Positions 33,319 to 41,831 of a stretch of 64,000 nucleotides of DNA are shown here, piece by piece. Origin of the DNA: Candidatus Dormiibacterota bacterium (lineage in GTDB: Bacteria > Chloroflexota > Dormibacteria > Aeolococcales > Aeolococcaceae); NCBI GenBank assembly GCA_035938875.1, contig DASZGL010000069.1, positions 13,056-77,055 on the forward strand, in the 5' to 3' direction. Positions within the stretch are counted from its first letter, which is position 1; each line of letters begins with the position of its first letter. Position numbers and translations under genes: made by a program. The notes below the pieces were generated by a model. It had not been told where the DNA came from, searched no databases, and saw nothing but the letters and a program-made list of their open reading frames with translations.

Positions 33319-33551
33319 GCCTCCACCAATTGCAGCAGCTAGTCTAGCTGACTAGCACACATCAATGACTACACAAGTGGCGACAGAACAGGAGGTAGCC
33401 GCCAAATCTACGGTCTGCTGGTCCGGCTCAACGATCCCCCACCCCTGGAGCAGGCGGCGCAGAAGCTGGCGTCGAAGGTCTAGCCGCAGGTCGGAGGGCC
33501 AGGCCAGGACACGCAGCCGGTTCGATCACACCAGCATGCGAAGTTGACACA

Positions 33552-34049
33552 GTGTCACTCGTGAACCTGGACCTTGGCGTCGACGATCCCCGCGTTGACG
33601 ACGTGCGCGCGCTACTGGGAAGGCATCTGGCCTTCTCGAGGGGAACAACGCCCGCGGAGTATGCCTTTGCGTTGGATGTGGAACAGCTCGTCGATGCGGC
33701 GCTCACGTTCTTCAGCGCCAGAAAGGACGGGCGTCTGCTCGGAGTCGCGGCGCTCAAGCGGCTCGATGCGGATCACGCCGAGCTCAAGTCGATGCACACC
33801 AGCGAGGCCGAGCGAGGACGGGGTGTGGGTCGAGCGCTCGTCGAACACATCCTTACCTTCGCCAGGGCGCAGGGGTACCGACGGGTGAGTCTGGAGACAG
33901 GCACCGGCGACGATTTCGTCTCGGCCCGCACCCTGTACACCAAAGTCGGGTTCATGCCCTGCGAGGCGTTCGGCACCTACCAGGCCAGTCCATACAACAC
34001 TTTCATGACGATCAGCTTGGTACCTGGATCCGAGCCCCCGCCTGCCTGA
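33552..34049 (+). CDS. GNAT family N-acetyltransferase
   Basis: Acetyl-CoA binding motif RGRGVGRALVEHILTFARAQGYRRVSLETG, and YTKVGFMPCEAFG. GTG start. Confidence 0.85.
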   Translation: MSLVNLDLGVDDPRVDDVRALLGRHLAFSRGTTPAEYAFALDVEQLVDAALTFFSARKDGRLLGVAALKRLDADHAELKSMHTSEAERGRGVGRALVEHILTFARAQGYRRVSLETGTGDDFVSARTLYTKVGFMPCEAFGTYQASPYNTFMTISLVPGSEPPPA

Positions 34050-34095
34050 AGGCCATCCCGGCGCAGGCCACGTCGCGGAGCCGGTCGCCGAGACC

Positions 34096-34509
34096 CTACA
34101 GGCGACCCGTCACCCGCAGCATGTTGGTCACCGGCGCGATCAGCGCCAGCAGCGTGAACATGGAGAGCACGAAGAGACGCATCCGCCAGCGAAGTCGGAG
34201 GAGGAGCAGAACGAGGACGACCGCCCCGGCGACGGCCATCTTGGTGAAGTAGGTCAGCAGCGGGTGCGTGGTGACGCTCTCGTCGAGCCAGGGGTTGCCC
34301 TCGACGAAGCGATCGGTCCGCAGCGCGTACGCCGTGGTCACCGCGTCGAGCAGCTGCGTGATGAGAAAGAGGAAGACCAGCGTGCGGGTGTCGCGGTAGG
34401 CGAGGACCGCTCGCAGCCGGCCAACGATCCCCTGCCCAGCAGTGGTCGCCTCGACCGCCGGTTCGGCCGCCGTGGGCGCGTTGGACCGGCGGGATACTGC
34501 CCCCAACAT
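34096..34509 (-). CDS. small membrane protein (DUF5658-like)
   Basis: Four hydrophobic segments. The motif LLDAVTTAYALRTDRFVEGNPWL resembles the D-x2-TT...E-x-NP signature of DUF5658. Tentative. Confidence 0.5.
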   Translation of the reverse strand: MLGAVSRRSNAPTAAEPAVEATTAGQGIVGRLRAVLAYRDTRTLVFLFLITQLLDAVTTAYALRTDRFVEGNPWLDESVTTHPLLTYFTKMAVAGAVVLVLLLLRLRWRMRLFVLSMFTLLALIAPVTNMLRVTGRL

Positions 34510-34622
34510 CTCGCCCCCATGGTGACAGACCGGGTCAAGGGTCTGCAGAAAGCATCGTCTGTGTTTACTCGCTCACCAGCATTCCGCCATGAGCGCCTCC
34601 GGACCGACACCCAAACAGATGT

Positions 34623-35057
34623 TCAGGGGCCGACAGTCTGTAACTCCCTGTACGCCGCCACCGCGAGCTCATCGACGCGGTCGTTGCCGGGGTCGCCGCT
34701 GTGACCACGCACCCACTCGAAGCGCACCCGCGGGTCGATGAGCGGGTCGATGTCGGTGTAGAGGTCGAGGTTCTTCTTCCGCTTCCAGGTGCGCTGCAGC
34801 CAGTTGATGACGCCCTGGCTGTCGGTGCGCACCACCACCGTCCACGTCGGGTCGTCGCCCGCCCGCGCCCGGAACGCGCGCAGCGCCTCGCGGACCGCCT
34901 TGAGCTCCTCGCGGTTGTTGGTCGTCTGCCACTCGGCCTGCGTGTTCTCCTCGACGGTCCCGTCCGGCCACTCCAGCCGGTAGGCCCAGGCGCCGACGCC
35001 GGGATTCCCGGAGCAGGCACCGTCGGTGTAGGCGATGACTGTCTTGTCGCTGGTCAC
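34623..35057 (-). CDS. rnhA: ribonuclease HI
   Basis: Trimmed to the GTG at 35055-35057, which overlaps the upstream stop (GTGA). IAYTDGACSGNPGVGAWAY, TNNREELKAV and WVRGHSGDPGNDRVDELA carry the DEDD catalytic pattern. Confidence 0.85.
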   Translation of the reverse strand: MTSDKTVIAYTDGACSGNPGVGAWAYRLEWPDGTVEENTQAEWQTTNNREELKAVREALRAFRARAGDDPTWTVVVRTDSQGVINWLQRTWKRKKNLDLYTDIDPLIDPRVRFEWVRGHSGDPGNDRVDELAVAAYRELQTVGP

Positions 35058-35749
35058 GGCGCGGCGATGCGGTCGCAGTTGGAGCACTGCACCAGCTCGG
35101 TCCCGTTGCGCGCTGCGCGCGCCTCGCGCATGCCCAACGGCAGCCGGCAGCCGCCGCACGAGTCGCCGAGCAGCTGGACGACGGCGGGATGGCGGTGCGC
35201 GGCGACGCGCGTGTACAGCGCGACGTGGTCGGCGGGGAGCGCAGCGACCAGCTCGTCGCGCTCGGCCTGCACCTCGGTCAGTTGACGGCGGACCTCTTCG
35301 AGCCGCGCGGCGCGCGGACCGGCGGCCTCCTCGCGGGTTCGCTCCATGGTCACCACGGCGGTCTCGGCCTCGCGCCGATGTGCATCGGCGGACTCGGCCG
35401 CCTCCATGAGCGCGAACTCCCCCTCCTCCGCCGCGGTGATCTGACTGCGCACGTCCTCGAGCTCGCGCTGCAGGGTGAGCAGGTCCTGCGGGTTGCGCAC
35501 GCTGCCGCCGTAGAGCTGGCGGTCGATCTGCTTTGCGCGAGCACGCAGCGCCGCAGCCGTGCGTTCTGCTGCAGACACCGCCTCGTCTGCGTCGCGCTGC
35601 AAGGTCGCCGACTCCACAGCAGTGGCACGGGCGCGGTCCAACGCGGCATCACCGCGCAGCTCGGCTTCGATGTTCGCGGCTTGGGCTCGCAGGTTGCTGA
35701 GGCGATCGTCGAGGCGCTGCAGGTCGAGAAGACGCCCGGCGTCGCTCAC
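35054..35749 (-). CDS. coiled-coil protein with C-terminal C4 zinc ribbon (COG1579-type)
   Basis: Long heptad-rich region, then CGGCRLPL...CSNCDRI. The position immediately upstream of rnhA matches the conserved actinobacterial arrangement. Confidence 0.8.
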   Translation of the reverse strand: MSDAGRLLDLQRLDDRLSNLRAQAANIEAELRGDAALDRARATAVESATLQRDADEAVSAAERTAAALRARAKQIDRQLYGGSVRNPQDLLTLQRELEDVRSQITAAEEGEFALMEAAESADAHRREAETAVVTMERTREEAAGPRAARLEEVRRQLTEVQAERDELVAALPADHVALYTRVAAHRHPAVVQLLGDSCGGCRLPLGMREARAARNGTELVQCSNCDRIAAP

Positions 35750-36780
35750 GCAGCCACCGCGGTGGAGACGCGCACCAGCGCATCGAGTCGCGCAGCCGCG
35801 GCACCGGAGTCCAATGACTCACGCGCGCGAACCACGCCGTCGTCGATGTCGCGTGCGTGCTCCGCCGCAACCAGCGCCGCCGCGGCGTTGAGGACGACCA
35901 CCTCGCGCTGCGGTCCCGCCTCGCCGCCGAGCAGCGAGCGGATGCGCTGCGCGTTGCTCGCCGCGTCGCCGCCGCGCAGGGTGTCGAGCGACGCGGGGGC
36001 GAAGCCGTGGTCGCGCGGGTCGAGCTGGAACTCACGTACTCCCTCGGCGGTCACCTCGTGGCAGGTGGCGACGCCGTCGAGCCCGAGCTCGTCGAGTCCC
36101 CCAGGACCGGCGAAGACAAGCGCGTGACGGTGGCCGAGGCGATGCAGGACTCCGGCCATGATCGGTGCCAGCTTGGGATCGCTGACCCCGAGCGCCTGGT
36201 AGGGGACGCGCGCCGGGTTGGCCATCGGGCCGAGGATGTTGAACGCGGTGCGGATGCCCAGCTCGCGCCGCACGCCCGCCGCGTGGCGCATCGCCGGGTG
36301 GTACGCGGGGGCGAAGAGGAAGCCGATTCCCGCCTCGTCGACGCAGCGGCGCACCCCGTCCGGCCCCAGCGCGATGGCCACGCCCAGCGCCTCGAGCACG
36401 TCGGCGCTGCCGCAGCGGCTCGACGCGGCGCGGTTGCCGTGCTTGGCGACGGGAACGCCGGCGCCGGCGACGATGAACGCCGCGGCGGTGGAGATGTTGA
36501 AGGTGCCGCTGCCGTCGCCTCCGGTGCCGCAGGTGTCGACGGCGTCGACGTCGAGCTCGACGCGGACGGCGTGGTCGCGCATCGACATCACCATCCCGGT
36601 CAGCTCATCGACGGTCTCGCCGCGGGCGCGCAGCGCGGCGAGGATGGCGCCCATCTGGGCCGGCGTCGCCGACCCCTCCATCATCCGGTCCATGACGCAG
36701 CGGGCGGTGACGACGTCGAGGTGCTCGCCGCTGATGAGGCGCTCGAGGGCGTCGCGCAGCAGGGGGTCGGCGTCGCTCAT
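35746..36780 (-). CDS. trpD: anthranilate phosphoribosyltransferase
   Basis: Trimmed to the ATG at 36778-36780 (MSDADPLLRDALERL...). DTCGTGGDGSGTFNIST, KHGNRAASSRCGSADVLEALG and NILGPMANPA. Confidence 0.9.
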   Translation of the reverse strand: MSDADPLLRDALERLISGEHLDVVTARCVMDRMMEGSATPAQMGAILAALRARGETVDELTGMVMSMRDHAVRVELDVDAVDTCGTGGDGSGTFNISTAAAFIVAGAGVPVAKHGNRAASSRCGSADVLEALGVAIALGPDGVRRCVDEAGIGFLFAPAYHPAMRHAAGVRRELGIRTAFNILGPMANPARVPYQALGVSDPKLAPIMAGVLHRLGHRHALVFAGPGGLDELGLDGVATCHEVTAEGVREFQLDPRDHGFAPASLDTLRGGDAASNAQRIRSLLGGEAGPQREVVVLNAAAALVAAEHARDIDDGVVRARESLDSGAAAARLDALVRVSTAVAA

Positions 36781-36823
36781 CGGAGTTGGGACGGTATCAG
36801 GATCGCACCGCGCAGCTTGGCGG

Positions 36824-38029
36824 TCAGGAGGAGATGGAGAGCCCCTCGCTGAGGTCGGGGTTGCGCGTCGGCTCGCCGGAGCGGCCGGTGACCACCCCGG
36901 CGAAGAGCACGACCAGGGCGACACAGCAGGCGATGTAGAGCGCCCGGTCCCAATGAACCAGGGGGACGAGGATGAGCGAGCCCACGGCGCCGATGACCAT
37001 GCCCGTCGACTGGGCGAGGACGATAACGGCGTTGACCCGGCCGAGGACGGAGACGTTGACGCGCCGCTGCATGTCCGCCGGGCCCCACGTCTGGAAGCAG
37101 ACCTCGGCCGTGCCGTTGAGGATGAGCGGCAGGATCGCCACCCAGAAGTTGTGGCAGAGGACGAAGACAGCCAGCGCGAGGATGCCGGTGATCGCCGTCG
37201 TGCTCACTGAGAACCGGACGGACACGGGTGGTTTGCGGCGCAGCCCGATGAGCGCGCCAATGATGTCGCCGACGCCCACTGAGGCGTACAGCAACCCAAC
37301 CACGCCGTCGCCGCCCAGTCGCTCCTCGGCGGCGAGGACGAGTACCGAGCCGGCGGCGGTGACGGCGATGGCGTCGGCGAGGTAGGCGAACGCCATGGCG
37401 CGAAGGGTGGGGTCGTCCCGGACCAGGCGCAGCCCGGGGAGGGCGCCGGCGAAGGGCCGCCTTGCGGACGTGGCGGCGCGCGTCGGCAATGTCGCCATGA
37501 GCAGCGAGGCGACCGCGAAGGTGGCGACGTCGATCCACAGCAGCAGGTCGGGCCCCTTCCAGGCGAGGAACGGCGCGCCGATCGCCGGTCCGAGAACCAG
37601 CGACGACGCCAGCGCGAAGTTGTAGAGGGCGTTGGCCCGCTGGATCCCCTCGCCGAGGACGACGGTGGGGATGATGGTGCCCATCGCCGACCTGGCGACG
37701 CCGTTGACCAGCTGGGCCAGGGCCACGGCGAGGAAGACACCCCAGGCGGCATTGTTGTGCTCGGCCAGGATGATCGTCGCGGTCAGGATTCCCTGGAGCA
37801 TCGAGCAGATTGCCACGACTCGCGCTCCGCCAAAGCGGTCCGCGAGGTTGCCCCCCGGCCCCGCTCCGACGACGCGGGGCAGGACCCTCGCCAGCATGTA
37901 GCCCGCGGGAGCTGCGGTCGACCCCGTCACCCGAAGGACCAGGACGACCATGGCGACGGTGGTCAGCCAGTCGCCGTAGAGGGAGAGGGTGGCGCCCGCC
38001 AGGAAGCGCCGGAATGGGTCGCGGAGCAC
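36824..38029 (-). CDS. MFS transporter (EntS/MFS_3-like)
   Basis: 401 aa with about 12 TM segments. N-terminus FRRFLAGATLSLYGDWL is typical of this MFS subfamily. GTG start with GGGGAGAGG 9 nt upstream. 43 nt upstream of trpD on the same strand. Confidence 0.8.
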   Translation of the reverse strand: MLRDPFRRFLAGATLSLYGDWLTTVAMVVLVLRVTGSTAAPAGYMLARVLPRVVGAGPGGNLADRFGGARVVAICSMLQGILTATIILAEHNNAAWGVFLAVALAQLVNGVARSAMGTIIPTVVLGEGIQRANALYNFALASSLVLGPAIGAPFLAWKGPDLLLWIDVATFAVASLLMATLPTRAATSARRPFAGALPGLRLVRDDPTLRAMAFAYLADAIAVTAAGSVLVLAAEERLGGDGVVGLLYASVGVGDIIGALIGLRRKPPVSVRFSVSTTAITGILALAVFVLCHNFWVAILPLILNGTAEVCFQTWGPADMQRRVNVSVLGRVNAVIVLAQSTGMVIGAVGSLILVPLVHWDRALYIACCVALVVLFAGVVTGRSGEPTRNPDLSEGLSISS

Positions 38030-38300
38030 TCCGTGGACCTCTCCCCGAATTCACCCTCTCGGTGCAAGCGCCGAGCGCGCCTAGCCGGGGTGAATCCTAG
38101 CCGCAGGTGCCGCCGAGTGACCGCAAGATCCTCAAGACGCAGGCGGGCGCGGATGTCGCCGTTCTGTGACATCCGCGCCACCGCCCCATCACCAGCGGTC
38201 AATACCGTGTGTGATGGCCTGACCGCTTAGCTGAGCGGTCTAACTCCAGCCAGAGCCTTCATGACCTGTCCAGGTCTGCATCGCTTCGCTCACCTCCTTC
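38030..38300 (-). promoter_or_regulatory. structured 5' leader of the MFS(-trpD) transcription unit with uORF and alternative hairpins
   Basis: Hairpin A at 38221-38240 (GACCGCT/AGCGGTC). A duplicate AGCGGTC arm at 38194-38200 lies inside hairpin B, 38186-38217 (CCATCAC/GTGATGG). Hairpin C at 38146-38179 is a perfect 12-bp stem. An 8-bp helix pairs 38049-38056 with 38088-38095 next to the MFS RBS. No long ORF is present. Confidence 0.45.
38240..38281 (-). CDS. candidate 13-codon leader peptide MQTWTGHEGSGWS
   Basis: GAAGGAGGTG (38291-38300 on the plus strand) lies upstream of the ATG at 38279-38281. The gap after GGAGG is 11 nt, which is slightly long. The TAG at 38240-42 overlaps hairpin A. 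Two Trp codons. Confidence 0.3.
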   Translation of the reverse strand: MQTWTGHEGSGWS

Positions 38301-38376
38301 TTGGCGAGGATCCCGGAGTTCCAGCCTGTCCGCTGGGATCCCGGCGCCGGTCCGCCACCCCGGCTGTTGCGTCGCC

Positions 38377-38404
38377 GCGGATCTCTCCGAGATCCGCTTT
38401 AGTT
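38377..38404 (+). terminator. intrinsic-terminator-like hairpin (9-bp stem GCGGATCTC/GAGATCCGC, loop TCC) followed by TTTAGTT
   Basis: Seen directly in the sequence. The T-tract is present only on the plus strand, yet no plus-strand gene lies upstream. It could end an antisense or small RNA, or act on the minus-strand HD-GYP transcript without a U-tail. Confidence 0.3.
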
Positions 38405-38576
38405 CATCGTCTCAGGTAACGCATCTGCGTTACTACGTGACGGATACTAAACGACCCAACGACGGGTGGCAACCGCTCTGTTACCAGATTTACGGTTCTG
38501 TCCCCGGCCGTCACAGATCCGTTACAGGATCGAGCCTCTTGGTGCGTTCGAGAGGCTTCCGAAGGCTCCGCCGAGT

Positions 38577-40085
38577 TCAGCGAGAGGCTGTGACCAGGGC
38601 TCCAGACTTGGCCCGGCGCAAGATCATCGGGCCGGAGAGCAGGTCGACGCTGACCCGGGAGCGGATGCCGGCGATGCGGATCAGCGCCTCGTGGTCGAGG
38701 GCCAGGAAGGCGTCGACGGCGTCGGGGTCGAACTGCGTACCGCGGTGGACCCGCAGTTCCTCGCGGGCTTCGTCGAACGACCTCCCCCGCCGGTAGGGCC
38801 GGTCCTGGGTGATGGCGTCGACGGTGTCGGCCACGGCGAAGGCGCGGGCCCCGAGGGTGATCTGAGTCCCCCGAAGGCCGAGGGGATAGCCGCGCCCGTC
38901 CCAGCGCTCGTGGTGATGGAGGATGATCCGCCGTGCCTCGGCGAGGTACTCGACCTCCTCGACCATCAGCGCCCCGATCTCCGGGTGGCGCCGCATGACC
39001 TGCCACTCCTGCTCGGTGAGCTTGTCGGGCTTGTGGAGGATGGCGTCGGGCACGCCGATCTTGCCGATGTCGTGGAGCAGCGCTCCGTGGCAGAGGATCT
39101 TGAGCTCGTCGCCGCTGATGCCCAGCTCGACGGCCACGAGCCTCGTGTACTCGACAACCCTGCGGGAATGGCCCTCGGTCTCCTTGTCGCGCGCATCGAG
39201 CGCGTGAGTGAGCGCGACAAGGGTTGCGTCGTAGGAGCGCTCGACCTGCACGGACTTGTCGACGACCTGGTCCATCAGCTGCTCGCGCTGCACCTCGTGG
39301 TTGTGGGTGCGATGGGCCAGGATCATCAAGAAGACTTGAAGCGCGATAACGGGGGCCAGTGAGAACGTGAAGCCGAGTGACCCAAATCGATCGTGAACCG
39401 CCAGGAACCCTACTGCCGCGTAGCCGTACGTCAGGTTGTACGGCAGAGTGGACAGAGTTGCTCGGATCGAGTCGATGATCGATCGTCGTGTGGCGAAATA
39501 GAGGATCCCTGCGAGCAGCAGGTTGTTGACGAAGTGCAGAGTGAGACCGGCCACAAGTGCCGCGAACCCGATCCAGGCGACACCGCTGACCGGGGTACGG
39601 GTCAACAGAGTGAATACTCCCCAAGCGCTCCACGTCGACAGGAATAGAGTCGCGACGTTGAACAAGAATCGGAACCAGCCGCTGCGGTAGCGTATTGCGA
39701 AGCCGGTTGCTTCAGCACACGCACCAAGGCAGCCGATGGGCCCCAGTGTCAGAGCCAGCCCAACGTTGAGGAACGTGGTGGCCGTGAATACTTCTTCCTG
39801 ACCCTTCACGGTCCGGATGCTGGCGACGGACATGAAGAAGATCGCGACGGAGACGAGCAAGAGACCCAGGGAGTCGCCAGGTGCACGAAAGGTGACGGCC
39901 GCAACAACAAGTGCAGCCGCCGCGACACTCGCGACATACGTGACCACCGGCAGTGTGTACGTCACGGGCGCCGGCCTCTCCGTCTCCGGCCCGATGACCG
40001 CTCGCACGAGCGCGCGCAGACGCTCGCGCGCGGGATCCACCCGTCCCAGCGCACGTCCGGGGGTCATCGCCCGGCTGCTCTCCAC
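38577..40085 (-). CDS. membrane-bound HD-GYP domain phosphodiesterase (c-di-GMP signalling)
   Basis: N-terminal multi-TM sensor region of about 250 aa, then HD-GYP hallmarks GHSRRVVEY, LLHDIGKIGVPD and HHERWDGRGYP. Confidence 0.85.
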   Translation of the reverse strand: MESSRAMTPGRALGRVDPARERLRALVRAVIGPETERPAPVTYTLPVVTYVASVAAAALVVAAVTFRAPGDSLGLLLVSVAIFFMSVASIRTVKGQEEVFTATTFLNVGLALTLGPIGCLGACAEATGFAIRYRSGWFRFLFNVATLFLSTWSAWGVFTLLTRTPVSGVAWIGFAALVAGLTLHFVNNLLLAGILYFATRRSIIDSIRATLSTLPYNLTYGYAAVGFLAVHDRFGSLGFTFSLAPVIALQVFLMILAHRTHNHEVQREQLMDQVVDKSVQVERSYDATLVALTHALDARDKETEGHSRRVVEYTRLVAVELGISGDELKILCHGALLHDIGKIGVPDAILHKPDKLTEQEWQVMRRHPEIGALMVEEVEYLAEARRIILHHHERWDGRGYPLGLRGTQITLGARAFAVADTVDAITQDRPYRRGRSFDEAREELRVHRGTQFDPDAVDAFLALDHEALIRIAGIRSRVSVDLLSGPMILRRAKSGALVTASR

Positions 40086-40252
40086 GTTCGCGATCCTATT
40101 TACGGAGCGTCGGATATGAGGGCGTGTACGATCCCGTGACCGTACCGTGGCCCGCCCGCGGATGGGCGTTTACCCGAAAGGACGGTCGAATTTGAGCCAG
40201 CGTCACCGGTGCGTCACCCCCTCGTGACACGCGCGCATACGATGACCACCGA

Positions 40253-41080
40253 ATGAGCGCACGCTCCGCCGGGCCGTTTGACCCCGAAATCGTCCGTCCC
40301 TGGTGGCTCGGCTCCGGGGATCGCGGTGCCCTGCTCCTCCACGGCTTCGCCGGCACGCCGCCCGAGCTGCGCCGCCTCGGCGAGCACCTCGCAGCGAACG
40401 GCTGGCGCTGTCACGGCCCAGTCCTCGCCGGCCACGGCACCACCCCCGAGGCACTGGATCGCACCCGGTGGGCGGACTGGGCGGACTCGGCCATGCTCGC
40501 GCTCGACGCCCTGACCGCCGAGTGCGACCGCGTCGTCGTCGCCGGCCAGTCGATGGGCGGCACGCTGGCGCTCCACCTCGCCGCCAACGACAGCCGCGTC
40601 AAGGCCGTCGCAACCCTCGCGGCTCCGATCTGGCTCTCCGACTGGCGCTTCCACTTCATCGGTGTTCTCAAGCACATACGCCGCTGGCACGAACCGGATC
40701 CGGACGACATTGACCTGTACTGGCGCGATGCCGCCGACGAACTCTACTCCTACGGCCGCCGTTCTACACGATCTCTGCAAGAACTCAACCGGCTGCTCGC
40801 CCACGTGCGGGGCGAGCTGCCCATGGTCCGCCAGCCGGTCCTCGTCCTCCAGGGCGGGGGGGATCGTGCCATTGATCCCCGCAACGCCGATGACATCGCC
40901 CGGCGGCTGAGCTGCAGCGCCGCAGTCGAGCGGCAGCTCTACCCGCGTAGCGGCCACGCCATGAGCGTCGACGTCGATCGCGACGAGGTCAACGCCCGAG
41001 TTCTGGCCTGGTACGACCGCTACGTCCCCGCCGAGGTCGCCGAGTCGGGCACATCGCCGGCGGCCACCGCGAAGGGTTGA
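40253..41080 (+). CDS. alpha/beta hydrolase (carboxylesterase / lysophospholipase-like)
   Basis: HGFAGTP oxyanion region, nucleophile elbow GQSMGG, and C-terminal D...H (GGGDRAIDP, SGHAM). Confidence 0.8.
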   Translation: MSARSAGPFDPEIVRPWWLGSGDRGALLLHGFAGTPPELRRLGEHLAANGWRCHGPVLAGHGTTPEALDRTRWADWADSAMLALDALTAECDRVVVAGQSMGGTLALHLAANDSRVKAVATLAAPIWLSDWRFHFIGVLKHIRRWHEPDPDDIDLYWRDAADELYSYGRRSTRSLQELNRLLAHVRGELPMVRQPVLVLQGGGDRAIDPRNADDIARRLSCSAAVERQLYPRSGHAMSVDVDRDEVNARVLAWYDRYVPAEVAESGTSPAATAKG

Positions 41081-41392
41081 TCAGCTCCCGCTGAAGCGCT
41101 CGCGGAGCAGGCGCGCCGTGTCGTCGTCGAGCACCGGGTTCGCCGGGGCGCCCTCGTCGGGCAGCGGCCGCTTGCTCTGTCGTCCACTGGCGCCGGGTTT
41201 GCCGCCCGAGCTCGGCTCACCCCCGCGCACGCCGCCACGATAGGCGAGGCCGCACTGCTTGCACACCTGCACAGCGATGCCCTCGCCGCGGCCGGCGTAG
41301 GCGACGTGGGAGAAGCGAAGCCCGCCACCGCACCGTGTGCACAGCCGGCCTCGCGGCACCGGGTCGAGGCTGCGCACATTTACATTCATCAC
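41081..41392 (-). CDS. small zinc-ribbon (CxxC...CxxC) protein, unknown function
   Basis: CTRCGGG...CKQCG pair followed by a Gly/Pro-rich disordered tail. The stop abuts the esterase stop (TGATCA). Confidence 0.45.
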   Translation of the reverse strand: MMNVNVRSLDPVPRGRLCTRCGGGLRFSHVAYAGRGEGIAVQVCKQCGLAYRGGVRGGEPSSGGKPGASGRQSKRPLPDEGAPANPVLDDDTARLLRERFSGS

Positions 41393-41596
41393 GTCACCGA
41401 ACTTGCCGTGTCACAACCGCGAAAGACTTGTGAGCGCCATCGAGCATGGGCGTCACTGGTCGTGTCCGAGCGTCGCCGCGGACGTCACCGAATCCTTAAC
41501 CCCCGCGCGTACGTTGCATGCGGTGGGAGGCGGCCACCAACGCACGACGGAAGCCCGGTGGACGGCAGGAACTCCACGCCAAAGGAGTATGCGGTA

Positions 41597-41785
41597 ATGG
41601 CCCCCGAGGAGATCCAGGCACTGGCCGACGCCGACGAGGCGGACGCCGCAGCGCGCTACGAGCGTCGCCAGGAATTCGGTGAGTTGCTCGCCGACGCGAT
41701 CCGCCGCGCCGAGGCGATGACCCGCCTGGAGTGCGCGCTCCGCCTGCCGCCGACGCCACCCGCCGAGCAGGCCGCCAAAAGCTGA
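41597..41785 (+). CDS. small acidic helical protein (62 aa), unknown function
   Basis: AAAGGAG lies 9 nt upstream of the ATG at 41597, inside raw ORF 41306..41785. Translation: MAPEEIQALADADEADAAARYERRQEFGELLADAIRRAEAM... Confidence 0.4.
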   Translation: MAPEEIQALADADEADAAARYERRQEFGELLADAIRRAEAMTRLECALRLPPTPPAEQAAKS

Positions 41786-41831
41786 TCCTCGCGCCTCGCG
41801 CGCCACACGCGCGGGCAGTCACACTGCGACG

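Noticed and set aside
33365-33547. 60 aa plus-strand ORF in the propeller/GNAT divergent region, plus the nearby palindromes GCTAGTC-tagct-GACTAGC (33339-33357) and TGACAcagTGTCA (about 33544-33556).
   Set aside because: The ORF has no SD. It begins with rare A/T-ending codons and ends in an Arg-rich run typical of noise. The palindromes may be operators, but I have no supporting context, so they are not reported as features.
38261-38422. 53-codon plus-strand ORF (MTCPGLHRFAHLLLGEDPG...) inside the structured leader region.
   Set aside because: It has no SD, runs straight through the terminator-like hairpin, and has a non-descript composition. The minus-strand uORF with a strong SD is the better candidate.
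38400-38576. Search for tRNA-like sequence (GTTCGAG in cctcttggtgcGTTCGAGagg) in the AT-richer spacer.
   Set aside because: No acceptor, D or anticodon arms can be drawn. The element is a simple 6-bp hairpin about 20 nt after the HD-GYP stop, more consistent with a terminator.
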